From IMG/VR virus record IMGVR_UViG_3300031857_000034, positions 32,001 to 96,000 of that record: a stretch of 64,000 bases of DNA. The stretch is one strand, 5' to 3'. The translations under genes were made by a program, and so were the position numbers. This document shows, piece after piece, positions 47,501 through 62,500 of the stretch (within the stretch, counting starts at the first letter, position 1; every line of letters begins with the position of its first letter). The notes below the pieces were generated by a model, which was not told the DNA's origin, searched no databases, and saw only the letters and a list, made by a program, of their open reading frames with translations. This stretch comes from a virus.

Positions 47501-50500
47501 ATTGAACAATGAATTTGTACGCTGGTTAGGCAGCAATCGTGTGGACTACAAGCAACAAGATTTCTTGGTCACCAACGAAAAAACCTGGAACTACAGCCAG
47601 ACTGGTGCTAAAATCACGTATCCCCAAGGACTGGACGCCGGTGATGCTATTCCCATGCCTGGTTACTGGCGCCAGATCTATTGGTTGTTTTACGACACCG
47701 ATGAGCCACAGAACTTTCCTTGGCAGATGCTGGGTTTCAGCAACAAGCCCCTATGGTGGGACGCTGAATATGGACCAGCACCTTATACCTCAGGTAATCT
47801 CTATATGTGGGAAGACATTGCCGCGGGCCGCATCCGCGAGCCAGGCAATGACAGGATTGACACAGTTTATGCACGTCCTGGCCTGTTAGACATCTTGCCT
47901 GTGGATGCGCAGGGCAATCTGTTGTTGCCTTTTACCACCATCGTCGCAGACTACAACCCAGCCACTTATCAGGCCAATTGGAGCATTGGTGGCGGATCGC
48001 CTGCAGAAACAGCGTGGCGCAAATCCTCTGCTTGGCCGTTTGCCATACAAAGACTTTTGTTTTTATTAAAGCCAGCTCAGTATCTAAACTATTACATTGA
48101 TCGGGATCAATATAAATTCAACACTGAATTTGATCAATGGCTCTACAACGGTCGCCAAAGACTGACATCAAATGATTTACAGATCTATGGCGAGGGCACA
48201 GCAGTTAATTCTTATGTTAATTTCATTATTGACTACAACAAGAGTTATGGATTGCCCGGTACTGCCAATCTTGAAGCCAGGATCAACAATCTAGACATAC
48301 GATTGGCCTATCGTGTGGCAGGTTTCACTGACAAAAGATATCTGCAGTTGCTGAGTGATCGCACAAGTCCGGCCACTTACAATCGCAGTCTGCTGATTCC
48401 TGACGAAAACTACAACATACTTTTGTATCGCAATGAAGTGTTTGACAGCATCAACTATTCGGCAGTGACCATTGAACGCACCGAATCGGGTTGGGCTGTG
48501 TACGGCAACAGCATAGCCAATCCGTATTTCCAAATCCTGCCCAGCATCATCAACAACAACTATACCACACTGAACATTGGTAATACTACCATACGTATGC
48601 AAAAAGATTTTTCAGACACAGTGGTCTTGATTCCCTATGGTTATATCTTTCGCAGTGTTAACGCAGTGGTAGACTTCTTGTTGAGTTATGGCAAATTCTT
48701 GAACACATCGGGATTCGCTTATAACACACTAGAAAATACCGTGTTGCTGAACTGGGAGCAGATGGCACAGGAATTTGTGTACTGGTACAATCAAGGATGG
48801 GCCGTAGGCGCACTGATACAGCTCAATCCCAGCAGCGCCAAATTAGAATTTTATAAACAGAATGCAGTGGTAGTGAATCTACTGGAATCCAAACGCGAAG
48901 ACATTCTGGTCAATCAAAACAAGCAAGCCCTGCGTTTGCGAGACTACAGCGTGTACAGAGATGGCAACTTGTTTGAACTCACTGCGCTGAATGAAAACAC
49001 TGTTGGATATGTTAATCTCAAACTCACCAACTATGAACATATCATCATCGTTGACAACGTCACAGACTTTGATGATATCATTTATCAGCCATTGACAGGA
49101 CTGCGCCAGGGGCGCTTGATATATCAAGGTATCAAGTCGGCCGAATGGGATGGCACCATGGATGCACCCGGCTTTATCATAAACTTGCCCAGCGTGACCG
49201 AATGGGATTCGGGCCTAAAGTATGCCAAAGGCCAAGTGGTCAAGTTCAAAAATTTTTATTATCAGGCCAATGTCACTGTGGATCCTGCGGATACATTTGA
49301 TTACAATCTTTGGAACAAAATAGTTTATCGTCCAGACCAAGAAGGTATGCTGCCCAACCTTGCCCTCAAGGCCATACAAAGCACACAGTTTTACGATCAG
49401 CACGCTGATAACTTAGACGCCGATTCAGAACTTTTGGGATTTGGACTCACAGGATTCCGCCCGAGAGAATACATGGCCAGTATCGAACTTGATACTGTGA
49501 GTCAAATGAATGCCTATCAAGATTTTATCGGTACCAAAGGCACACCGCGCAGTCTTTATTTTTACGATCAGGCAGTGGTCAATGGCGATGATCTCAGTTA
49601 CGATGTTTACGAAAACTGGGCTATACAGCGTGCCACTTATGGTGCCACGGCTACCAACGCCTTTGTTGATTTTACATTAGATGCTACCAAACTTACCGGC
49701 AATCCCAGTACCAGCCAGTTTGTGGTCCTGGGCGAATCCACAGAAGCCGATCAAGCCACATTGATCACAGACTTGTATGCAGTCAGTCAGCCGGTGAATA
49801 CCACACAGATACTGCCACAATTACAACAGACATACCCTGACAAGTTTTTGCCCACGGCAGGATATGTTGACAGCCGCGATGTTGAAATACAGTTGTTCAG
49901 CATCGACGACCTCAACAGTCTAAGTGCTGAATTAGACAAAGTCACCAATCTTGCAGAAGTATGGGTGGCCAAGATCAATCAATCGGACTGGGACGTATAC
50001 AAATGCCAGAATCTAGTCAACACACTGGTCTTGGCACAAGACAATCTGGATGGCCAGACTCTACTTATATTCTCTGGCAATCACGGACTTACTGCAGATC
50101 AGACCATAATCATCAAAGAATTCAATGTAGATTTACAGGGCGCGTTCAGAGTCAACAGCGTTCCTAGTACCAGCACAGTGTTGATAGACAGCCAATTGCC
50201 CGACGGCGTGACCACACTTGTGGGCGAAGGCGTGGTTTTTGAACTGTCTTCAGTACACGTGGCACAGCCCAGCGACATTGCCGATTTACCTATATTGTTT
50301 GACTTGACCAAGACCAACAAGGTATGGGTAGATAACAATGGATCAGGCCGCTGGCAAACTTTAGAAAAACAAACGCCTTATACTGATATCAAAGATTACG
50401 AATATGCTGGCACAGAATTATTTGGTTCAGCAGTGTGCCAAACCAGCGATAATGCCAACATATTGATAGGTGCTCCAGGCAGTTATACCACAGGAGTGGT

Positions 50501-53500
50501 CATACCCTACTATCTCGATGGCAATGTTTACACTGCCGAGTCTCCTGTGGCTGTGCCTTCTGTTTGGACCAACTACAGTGATTTTGGACGTGTGGGCGAT
50601 GCTGCTGGCAATATTTGGGCTGCGTTTAGTGTAGGACTAGGTACTGTGCCTGGTTTCAACACTGATTTCCGTGTTGTGATCATGCAGAAAACTGATCGTG
50701 GATTTGAACCACGGCAGTTATTGCCTGGCGGCAGCACTGGCGTAGATGGCAAATTCTCCGGCGACATAAAATTCAGCCAAGATGCATACTGGCTTTATGT
50801 GAGCAACCCGGTTGATAAAAAAGTACAGGCATATCAGCGTAATAGATTCCAGGAACAAGCCACTGAATTTACCTGTGACGGTGTACAGTTTATTTTCCCA
50901 ACCGACGATAAAGTACTGGTTGATCGTGGATCACAGTGGTCTGTGACTCTAAACAGCACAGTACAGGCCTACAATCAAGATTACACAGCCAATGCCACAC
51001 GTATCAGTTTCCGTGTACCACCGGCAGCTCCTGTGATTCAAGCAGTAGATAGTATTACTTCGGGTTCAACTGTGTTTACAGTTACCAGCATCAATGGATT
51101 GGCTGCGGGACAACAAGTTTCTGGCATGGGTATAGCAGTGGGCAGCAAAGTTGTATCCATTGATACCACCAATAATGCAGTGACCATTGATCGGGCTATC
51201 ACGCTCACGGGTACCAATGTAGATATCACGTTTACCAACATGATATATGTGTCTCGCTGGGGCACAGATCCTGATTCAGCATATTGGGGATTTGGTGCCA
51301 ATCCATTGAAACCCAATGGTATCACTAGATCGTTCCCCATTGATATGCTGGCAGGCGCAACTCCTGATCCCGAATCAGTGGGAGTTTACTACAACGGCGA
51401 ACTCATGAGATTTAATAATTCTCCAGCCGTAGACGGAGATTACATCTATGATTATGTTAATCGTCAGATAGTTTTTAACTTTACGCCGCCTGCTACGTCA
51501 TCCCAGGCAGTAACTTACTTGGCTCAAGATTATTTTACCGCTGTCACAGATGTTGTCAACCATGCAGGACTGTCTTTTGGTATCAGTTGCGCTACTGACA
51601 ATGATGGTTCAGTGCTGGCGGTGGGCGATGCAGATGCAAACACTAGTAATATTGACATAGATGCCGACGGTGTGGCCTATGTTTATGACCGGGGCACTGT
51701 GTCTCACATGGTCAGTAATGTCAGCACTAGACTGTACTCTACTCCTTCTCCCATTCTTGGTCAGCCGCAGGTTTATCTCAACGGTCAATTATTATATCCT
51801 GACACAGGCATGACCATTGGAAGTTATGTTTATGAACCGGTATCGGGCACGGATTACACAGGCAATACTGCTGTGAGATTCAACGAAGGCGTGATTGATT
51901 CTGTGGGAGATATTGTAGATATCAGTTACAACAAACTGTCTACTATCCAGATCGTTACCAATCCGCAGTCTAATGCCAGCGGCAGCGAATTTGGCACAGC
52001 AGTAAGTTTTAATTCCAGCGGATCTGCAATCTTGGTAGGCGCGCCCAACGGCAATACTTCGGTATTGGGTGCAGGTTTTGCAGCCAGGATCGAAAATCAA
52101 ACAGCAATTTATGGCAGCATCACAGGGACCACAGTTAATCCTGTTGTCACAGCAGGCTCTAGTCTAAGACTCGACAACTATTATGTAGAATTTGATGCTG
52201 CAAATATAACATCGGTTTCATTATCCAATGTCTGTAGCATCACAACATCAGCTCCGCATGGATTTTACAACGGCGAAACAGTTGTCATCAACGGTCTAAA
52301 TGGCGGCGTTCTCAATCTCAATAACAAACCATACTATGTACGTGTCACGGGTTCGACTACATTTAACATTTTTGATTATGGTACTATTAGCAATGTCACA
52401 GCCAGCAGCAAAGTAGTGGTCACCAGTAATGTAGCAGCCAATATCGATCTGGGTCTGGCTATACAGGTGTTCAATCCAGTGGAAATTTCCCAAGTGCAGG
52501 GCATAGCCAATGTCAACAATACCACTGCCAATCCTTATTGGCTGGCTAGAAAAGCCAACGGCAATAGCACTACACAGATGGAACTGTTCCGCGGCGTTGG
52601 TATATTTGACATCTTGTCGGCCACTGAAGGTAATGTGGCACAGACCCTGGTGCTGACTTCCACCAATCCAAATATCACGAGAGGTACCGCAGTGGTATTG
52701 GAAAGCAATTCTGCTGCCATCAACAACACAGTGGTTTATGCTGGCAACATAGGAGTATACAATCACGGATCAGGCAGCACCTATAACAGTTTCGTTCTTT
52801 ATACAGATCCAGCATTGATATTTCCAGTATCGCCTATAGGCAACACTGGACCCGGTGGTACCGTGGGCATATTCATTGATGGCACAGGATGGGGCAACTA
52901 TGCTAGTGGAGGTCAGGTCCTACGATACATTGACACCACGGGATTAACGCCAGCATACAATGCCAGTACCAGCCAAGGCACTGCATTTGATGGAAGCCTT
53001 GATGGAGTTGTAAATGTAATTAACAATCAAGGCATATCCAATCTGCAGGCCGCTAATGCTGCAGGAAAACTACAACTGTCGGTAATAAATGCCAATGCTG
53101 CTATTCCCAATGAATTATTAAGTGTGCTGCCTGGAACGGAAACAACTTACACCTCTGGGGCCATGTATCAGTTGGGATTGTCTCCTTATTACGGTGCTGG
53201 AGCGCAGATCATAGGCGGGAGTTATCCTGCATACGGCAGTAGATTCGGCTTCCGCATAGATCAAGACTGGATTACCAATCAAACAGTGATCAGCAGTGAG
53301 TTCGGTACTGCTGCTGCCGAGACAACCTTTGATCTAGATACCACAACATTTGACGGCCGTACAACGAGATTTGATGATCTTTATGCCAAATCAGGATCGG
53401 TAGATGTTTATGATCTGTTGGTCAGTGCCAATGCCAGCAAGGATAATCCCAGCAAACTAGTATGGGATCAACAGTTGGTGGACTACTTGGTTCGCGCAGG

Positions 53501-56500
53501 ACAAAATTTTGGCTATGCTGTGAGCATATTAGGCGACAATATCATTGTGGGTTCTCCGGGATATCAAGTTGACAATGTCATGCAAGGTCGTACACTGGTA
53601 TTTTCGGGTCGCCGCACAGGATGGAAGAATCTAAGACAGCAGCCCAACGAAGTAGACATACATCTGCTGAACGAAGTAACCATATTCAATAAACAATCTA
53701 AGATCACTTTGAACTATCTCGATTTCATTGATCCCATACAAGGCAGGATCTTGGGAGCGGCACAACAGAATATCGATCTTATCAGTGCCACTGATCCGGC
53801 GGGTTATAATGTAGGCGACATCAATAACTTTGGTGTAAATTGGGGCGAATCGCAATATGGATACATCTGGTGGGATATCAACAGTGTGCGTTTCCTAGAG
53901 TACCACTTGCAAGACATTAACCAGGCTGCCAAAATTTGGGGTAGCACCTTCCCCGGCAGCAGCATCGACATATATCAATGGATTGAAAGCGATGTACCGC
54001 CGGCAGATTATACAGGACCCGGGACACCACGCAGTTTAACCAGTTATTCGGCCTACCAGATCATTACCGATACCAATAGCGTGGCTACCAAGTATTATTT
54101 CTGGGTGTCGGGCCTGGAAGGCGTGCCACCTTACACCAACAAGACTCTTAGTTGTGCTGCCATTGCTCAATACATCTTTAATCCAAGAAGTTCGGGCATA
54201 AGTTATCTAGCACCCATAAATCCCAGCACTGTGGCCATTTATAACAGCGGTAACGATTTCGTAGCCCAAGAAAATGTTTTACATATCTCCTATGATACGG
54301 TTCCACAAGACAACAACATACACGTGGAATATGATTTAATCCAACAGGATAATCCCAGACAGTTCATGGACGATACCACCTATGCCAAGTTTGTGGACAG
54401 TCTGTCAGGCATAGACGCGCTGGGTAACACAGTACCAGATCCTAACTTACCTCCTGGTATGCTGTATGGTATAAACTTTAATCCTAGACAAAGTATGTTC
54501 CGTGACAGATTCCTGGCACTGAAAAACTACATTACCACTGCCAATGAAATATTGTTGACCTTCCCGTTTGTGGAAGATTCCAATATGGAACTATTGGATT
54601 CTAAGGAATTGGCTCCCGAGTACGGTCAAACTGATGCCAACGGACAGCTGTGGTGGAATGTGCAAGTGGCCAACTTGACTGAGCTGGGATATCAGAATCT
54701 CTCGTTGGTTCCTGTGGGCTATCGTTATTTGGTAGACCTTGACAATCGTTATAACAATTTCTGGACCATACATCAGGTGTCATTGGATTCTACAGGTACT
54801 CCTACAACCACAGTGATCCGTGTGCAGACATACAACACTCCGGCATATTGGTCATATGTGAACTGGTATGCCGAAGGATTTGATCCTTTGCAAAGGCCTT
54901 TGTTCACAGTAGATTATCTCAGCCAAGCAGAACTGATACCTTTGCCAGACAACGGTGTAGTTAGAGTCACTAGAAATAATCCCATTGGATTTGAACTGTA
55001 TCAGAACAAAGTGATAGACAGTTACAGAGATCCCGTGACACTGGAGTGGGTAACAGTAACAGAATTTACTAGGGTAGGCTTAGAAAATGGTACTATACAA
55101 ATCAGTAATGAGATCTATGACTATTCCCAACTGAGAGACCCAGAATTAGATCCCAAGTTGGAAACTAGATACATTGTGGATAGTATTAACTTTGAGATAC
55201 TTACAGGCTCCAGACTGATCCTGCGCAATCAACTGATGAGTCTGATGTTTAACTTTATACTAGGTGAGCAGATTGATTGTAATTGGCTTTACAAAACTTC
55301 CCTGATCGATATTACGCATCCTGTACGCAAGTTATTGCCCTACAGGACATTCAAGCGAGACAACAAAGATTTTGTGTATGGTTACATAGAAGAAGTCAAA
55401 CCTTATCACGTGTTTATCAAAGACTTTAGTTTGGTTTACGCTACTGTGGCAGATGTGTATCCTGGTGATATCACAGACTTTGATGTACCTGCAACCTACA
55501 ATGCCGCTGACGGCATTTACATCAGTCCCATATTGGAAAATGATCCTGACTATGTGAACTATGACAAGTATGGCATCTACGGTGTTGGTCCTTATGCTCA
55601 GTTCGAAGGCTATATCACAGCATCGGGAGGTAGTGGTGTCACTGTGCTGACTGTGACGGAAATGTTAAAAGGATCAATTTATATTGGTGCTAATCTTGTG
55701 GGCAGTATTATCTCTCCAAGGACGCAGGTAGTTTCCTTTATTGGATACAACTCTTTGGGCCAATCTACCTACAGTATCACTGGCCAATACGAAACTACCA
55801 CCGCAGTAGGCACCATTGAAATCAATCCAATCTGGGCCACCCTGCCTTATCGCAACTGGTACAACAACTATGGCCTGTATCTAGTAGACATCATGGTAAC
55901 CAATCCAGGCAGTGGATATACAGTACCTCCTGCTGTGACCATCAACGGAACCACAGCAGATTCTGCCAGGGCCACTGCTATCCTAAACGGCAATGGCAGC
56001 ATCTCAAACATATTGATAAATTATCTCGGTGGCAGATATCTTTCACAGCCCACGATAACCATCGCTGCGCCTGATCAAGATTCGGGCACGCAGGCCACTG
56101 CCTATCCAGTGACCAGTTCCGGACCAGTGCGCAGTTTTGACACATCCTTGATTTACAATCGTATGAATCTGCGACCCAGTTTCACAGAGTGGATTCCGGG
56201 ATTTGTGTATCGTGAAGGCGAACTGACTAAATTTTCTGGAGTGGTTTATCGCAGCAGATTTGACTATAATCAAAACACACAGTTTGATTTTAATCACTGG
56301 ACAACAGTTCCTCCAGGCGACCTTGAAGGAGTAGATCGCACCTACGGTTACTATACTGGCGCACCTGGACAGCCAGGACTGATCCTGGATCAACTGATCA
56401 CTGGATTGACCTATCCTGGTGTGATCACTGATCGCAGATACTTGGGTACCTGGGACACAGGTCCTTGGAGCACTGATCCTTTTGAATCCGATAGCGGAAG

Positions 56501-59500
56501 ACTACAAACCATAATCAACGGCGGCGCATATCCCTTGGACAGCAGCACTGGAATCATACCTGCGTTGAATGCCTGGGATGTCAATGTGTATGGTGGTGCC
56601 TATGTAGATACCTACAGCAGCCACGCTCCAGAGGAACTGGTACCCGGTGCGGTGTTTGACACTTTAGACTTGACAGTGTATACCATACCTGGCCAAGACA
56701 ACACAGGCGCAGGATTTTCCAGCCCACTGAATGGCAGGATCGTTGCAGGAGATGGAGTCACTGATACCTACAGTTTCCAACTGTTGATTAAATTCCCCGA
56801 ACAGGTACTGGTGTTCAAAAAATCAGGCACAGGAGAAAAACTCCGCCTGCAGGAATCAGTTGATTATGTCATTGACTGGCAACTGCAAAACATTGAATTG
56901 ACCACTGCGCCCACTGTCAACGAGCAGATAATGATCATCGCAGTGGGACTGGGCGGCGGCAATCAGATATTGCGCTCCAGCGAAGTTTATGTGGATGGTG
57001 TCGGCGCCAACGGCAACATAGATGTACCAGTGCAGTACACACAGGTATGGTCCTTGCCAGTGTTTGTGAATGGGCAAGCTTTGACACAGGGCACAGATTA
57101 TACCATTGCTGCTTACCGTCCCGAAGAACCATTGCCCGATGACAATGACATCTATCCTATTACTAGAATTAATTTTGCCAACGCTGTTGCAGCCAACAGC
57201 AGAGTCGATTACACAGTGATAGGCGAAAGATATCAAAGCACCAACTATAGTTACAGTCTACCTGTGGTAGAATACTATACAGGCAGCAGCAGTGCAAACG
57301 TGTTTGCTGTGACCAACTCATTGACTGGAACCAATCCCATAGCGGCTATAGTAGAATTAGAAGGCAGCAGACTGCGTGGCCCGCACTGTGTAGAATACAC
57401 GGCCGATGGCACACAAACTACATTTGCTGCAGGATGGCAAAGAGACGTAGCCCCCAACGCTATAGTTTCAGACGACGTCATAGTGTATCTCGACAATGAG
57501 GCAGTGACTACTAGTATCTGGACTAGCGGATATCAAGAGATCACTGACACTTATGATATTGTATTCGGTGATGCTCCTGCTGCAGGCACAAGGATAGTGA
57601 TTGCGGTCTGGGCTGCTGCTGAATATTTCTTTGATGTTGGTGGCAGTAATCTTCATATCTATTCCTCGGCATTGCCTGCAGCCAGTTCCAATATTGGCTT
57701 GACAACTTGGCAAGAAACCGCTGAACAGAATTTCCTCAACACAGTATCTCTGGGACAGACCATTATTCCAGTGACTCCTGAATTGTCTATCAGCACCAAC
57801 GGTCGTTGGGCTGCCGGCAATAACTTTATTACAGTGGGCACTGATACCGCCGGTATCTGGAATAGCCAGGGTCTGTGGTTTGACTACGCAGCCTATGGTT
57901 CGGGCATTGACATAGGCAATCTCAATCCTTACCCCAACGGCACCAGCAACTCGGCTAACACTGCCATACCTTCAGAAATGTTGAGTTATGGCAACGTCTT
58001 GATAGTATTAGATGGACAATATATCAATGTGGGCGACTTGGTGTCCGGCGCAGGTATACCCTATGGAACTGCAGTAGAACAAGTCAGAGAGTTCAAGAAC
58101 AGAGATCTGCAGACCAACTGGGCAGTGGCAGTAGATCGAGCCTTGCCAGGTAATGGACAGATATGGACAAGACAGTACAGTAACATCACTGCTCCCTATT
58201 TGAACAACACACTATATGGTCTCAGCACTGGTCCAAACATCTTGGCACTGGGCGATAACAATAATATCCTTATGAGTAACAATGCTAGCCAGTGGACCAA
58301 CATTGATCCCGTGGCACTGTTGCCATTGCGTAGTGTGGCCTATGGTAATATAGGTGGAACAGGATACTATATAGCGGTGGGTCTAGAAAGCAATATTCTG
58401 CGTAGTAGTGATGGCGTAAATTGGACACAGGAAGGTTTCGCCCTGCCCTTGAACACTTATGCTTTCCGCGCTGTGGCTTATGGCGCAGGAAAGTTTGTGA
58501 TTGTTGGTGACAGTGGCGTGATATTCGCCAGCGCCGATGCACTGAATTGGACACAGGAAACCAGTGGTACTGTTGAAAATTTAAGTTCTGTTAGTTATGA
58601 CGGCGCTGAATTTATCGCGGCAGGTGAAAATGCTATGATGCTGGCCAGTTCCGATGGCAGTGTCTGGGTACGTAGATTCTTTGGATATGTGTCTGCTACC
58701 ACTGTTGTTAATCCGGGCAACAGTTATGTAGCACCGCCCACAGTACAATTCCAAGGACCTTTCAACGGAACAGGTATTACCACTTTGGGTTTTCCTGCTA
58801 TCGAAGGTGGAGTAGGTCGTATCGACATCGCCAACACCGGTGTGTTGTATGGACGTCCTCCCAACGTAGTAATCTCTCAGTCAAACATCACCACGTTCTC
58901 GGGTAATGTACCATCGGGAGCCACAGCCAATGCATATCTTACTTTGACAGGCCCTGTGACCTATATTGGATTGGTCAACGGCGGCACTGGTTATAATACT
59001 GCTCCCATAATTGGATTCACCGACAGCATAGGTGGTACCGGAGCCAATGCGGTGGCCACACTAAACGCCAATGGCAATATTACTTCTATCACACTGCTTT
59101 CAGGCGGCACAGGATATAGTACTGTATTCAACGACATACAAGTGACTATAACACCTGTGGGCAACGATGTACCGTCTATTTCGGCCACTGCTATCGCAGC
59201 AGTCACTGGCAATTTAAATCTCTTGCAGATGACTAGCTATGGCGTCAACTATAGTTCCTACGATTTGACATCAGCTGCTAACAATAGTCCTACCGTATCG
59301 TTTACTCCTTATACAGTGGCAGGATACAGCAATAGTCTTACCACAGGTAACGTCTATCAGAGTTACATAGTTCTGGACAGCATAGCAGAACTGCAGATTG
59401 GTATGAACATAGAGTTTACCGACAATAGCAACAATCAGGTGTATATCGGAAACGTCACGACAATTTATACAGGTAATAGCAGTATTGGCGTATTTCCGCC

Positions 59501-62500
59501 CCTTTACTATCAAGTTGATCCGTTTACAACATTTGCTGCCAGAGATAACGGTAGAAATGCTGCAGCGGTATTTGGTGAATACTACGATGCTGGGGTAACC
59601 GGCATCATAATCACAGAGCGTGGATCGGGATATGAATTTGCTCCTAACGTTTCTGTCAGTTATCCGCCAACAGCCGGTGGTGCTGTAGCTGAAGTCACTG
59701 CATCTATCGTGGATATAACCACTGAAAATTTAAATGATGTTAACTATATAGGCAACTATTGGTTGGCAGTAGGCGACCAAAGCACTACCATTTACAGTGA
59801 TGATAATATCACATGGTTTGAAGGCAATGTTGCACCCAATGCGGCGGTAACGTTGAACACAGTGTTTGGCAGCAGCATCGGCAACGCCAATGTATTTTTA
59901 GCCGGCGGCTTAGGCGGCAATCTTTACCTCAGCAACGACGTGGCACAGGGCTGGCAACAGATAACTAGCGGAACTACTGCCAATATCGCTCAGGGCGCTT
60001 ATGCCAGTGGTAATTATGCTTACGTGGCTGCAGGTGGTGTGATTGCTTACAGCACATCGGGAGCCAATGGATCTTGGCAGCAGGCTGCAACCAGCGATGG
60101 CACTACACAGGATATCTGGGGTGTGATAGCCAGCGGCAATACTGTAGGAGATTGGTGTGCTGTTGGTAGCCGTAGTACTATCCTACGTACATCAAATGTA
60201 GCCACTTGGCAGGCCTATAATCAAGAATGGCCCTTGAATGACAGCGAATATGGATACCAAAGTTCCAGAGATACCTACGTGCTAGTTGGAGACAACGGCA
60301 CCATATATCGCAGTATTGGCAGCAGCAGCGACTTTGTGCGTGTAGATGCCACCACCGATGAAAATATCGAATCAGTGACCTTTGGACTAGGAAAGTTTGT
60401 AGCAGTAGGCAGCAACGGCAAGAGTTTGGTCAGTACCGATGCCAACACTTGGACGGTGTATGACATAGGTAGCACTGCGACCTTTAGAGACATAACTTAC
60501 ACAGGTGCTAATTCGGGTCCCATGGCATTTATCGCTGTGGGCGATTCAGGGCAGGCCTACAAATCTGCAGATGGTCAGGTATGGTCAAGGATGTTAGTAC
60601 CCACATCTTCAAATTTACGTTGTGTAAATGTAGCTGTCACAGGCAGCACAGTCAAGACAGTGATAGGCGGGGAAAATGGCGCACTTGTAGTCAGTGTTGA
60701 TTCATTTGGCAACAGTTTTGTATTGATCTCAGAATCAGGATCAGAATCTTTTATTCAGTCTAACGCCAACAATCGCACATTCACAACCACAACTTCTACA
60801 CTGCTGGCCACAGATACACAGGAAATTTCAGTATTATTAAACGGCAATGCTTTGACACGCGGAGTAGACTATGCCGTGACTGCTATCAATCCCAATGTCA
60901 CCATACTGATGACCAGTAATGTCAGCGTCAACAGCAATGTTACCATTGTCACTGATATGATCAATTGGAATTCCGTTGCTTATGGTGCTAACAAGTTTGT
61001 CTTGGTAGGACAGAATGGTACGGTTTGGAATGGATACGACAACGCTTCTACTTGGACAGAAATGCAACCCTTGACCAGCGCTAATATTACCAGCGTGGCC
61101 TATGATCAGACCACCAGTCAGTTTGTCAGCGTAGGCGAGTCAGCAGGAAGTCAGCAGATAGGTACGCAAAGTTATATCGCCACAACCTTTACAGCAGAGT
61201 ACTATCCCTTGTCCTTTGTTCCTGACTTTACAAGAATCGTACCAGGTATGCTGGTAACTGGTAATTATCTACGCACCAACACACTGGTCACAGGCACAGA
61301 TTATGCTCAACGTCAGGTCTATATCGATACCACACAGTATTCTTCTAGATCTAATATAACAGTGACATTTACTCCCACACAGATCGAAAATGTCTATCCT
61401 GTGCAGGATCCCGTGACCAACGGCTACAGACCATGGACCACGCTCAATGGCAACAGATTATTCTTTAACGAAGATTATGTCGCCGAAGGCTCTGCTGTGC
61501 GTATCGTGGCCAACGGCCTGCCCGACACAGATGTAGTGCAAATTCTTGATTCCAGCCAGAATTCAGTGCCCGATGAATTGGATTTCAAAGTCTGGAAAGA
61601 CATGAATGACAACACCGCTGTGTACCGTATGACAGAACTCAATGTCACAGAGACTACGGTAAGGGTACAATTCACCGATGACATCATTTATCTAGAAGAC
61701 GCATCTAAGTTATCATTGCCACAACTGTCACTGAATCAGATTGGAGTAGCATTTGTAGGATCGGAGCGTTTGGCCTACAGATACATCGACTATAGCAATA
61801 ATACCATATCGGGATTGATACGTGGCATCGGTGGAACTGCCGCACAGGATCACGAAGTGGGCAGTACGGTAGTAGATGCTGCCACACCCAACATCATTCC
61901 CATAGCCTATAGAGATCGCATAACGGCTGAGCAGTTCACAGGAGATGGCAACACCCGTACTTTTGCCACTGCTACCATAATGGCTGATATCCAACAAGAA
62001 GTTAGATTGGCCGTGGCAGGAACAGAGATCGCCATGCGTATGGCCAGTATTACAGCCGACGGCGTGGTCAATACATTTACTGCCACAGATTCCAACGTTT
62101 CTGGCAGCGACATAGGTAATATCGCAGTTGACCGTTATGATCAAGTCATGGTAGCAATCAACGGAGCACTGCTGCCCACACCCAATGCCAATGTATTCTT
62201 TGGCGATAACTATACCAACGTGTTTATAGCCAATAATGTTTCTGTCAGCAACGTGGCCAATGTTATAGTGGTGATCAACAATCAAGTGGTAATACCCACC
62301 GGCATTTCGTTGAGCAATAGTCATCCCAATGTAGTGATAGATCCCCCACCCAATGGTAATTCTTGGGTGCATATCAGTGACACATATGCTGTGATAGATA
62401 CCGACCCAGTTCAGGTAGCATTTGCTCAAACGCCCGCAGCCAACGCTATAATCACTATCGCCGCAGATTATTATTCAGTGGGTGTGATGCCTGCTGTAGT

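Noticed and set aside
44604-62429. Numerous short antisense and alternate-frame ORFs within the giant gene and other long genes
   Set aside because: Expected by-products of codon bias; no RBS or motifs.
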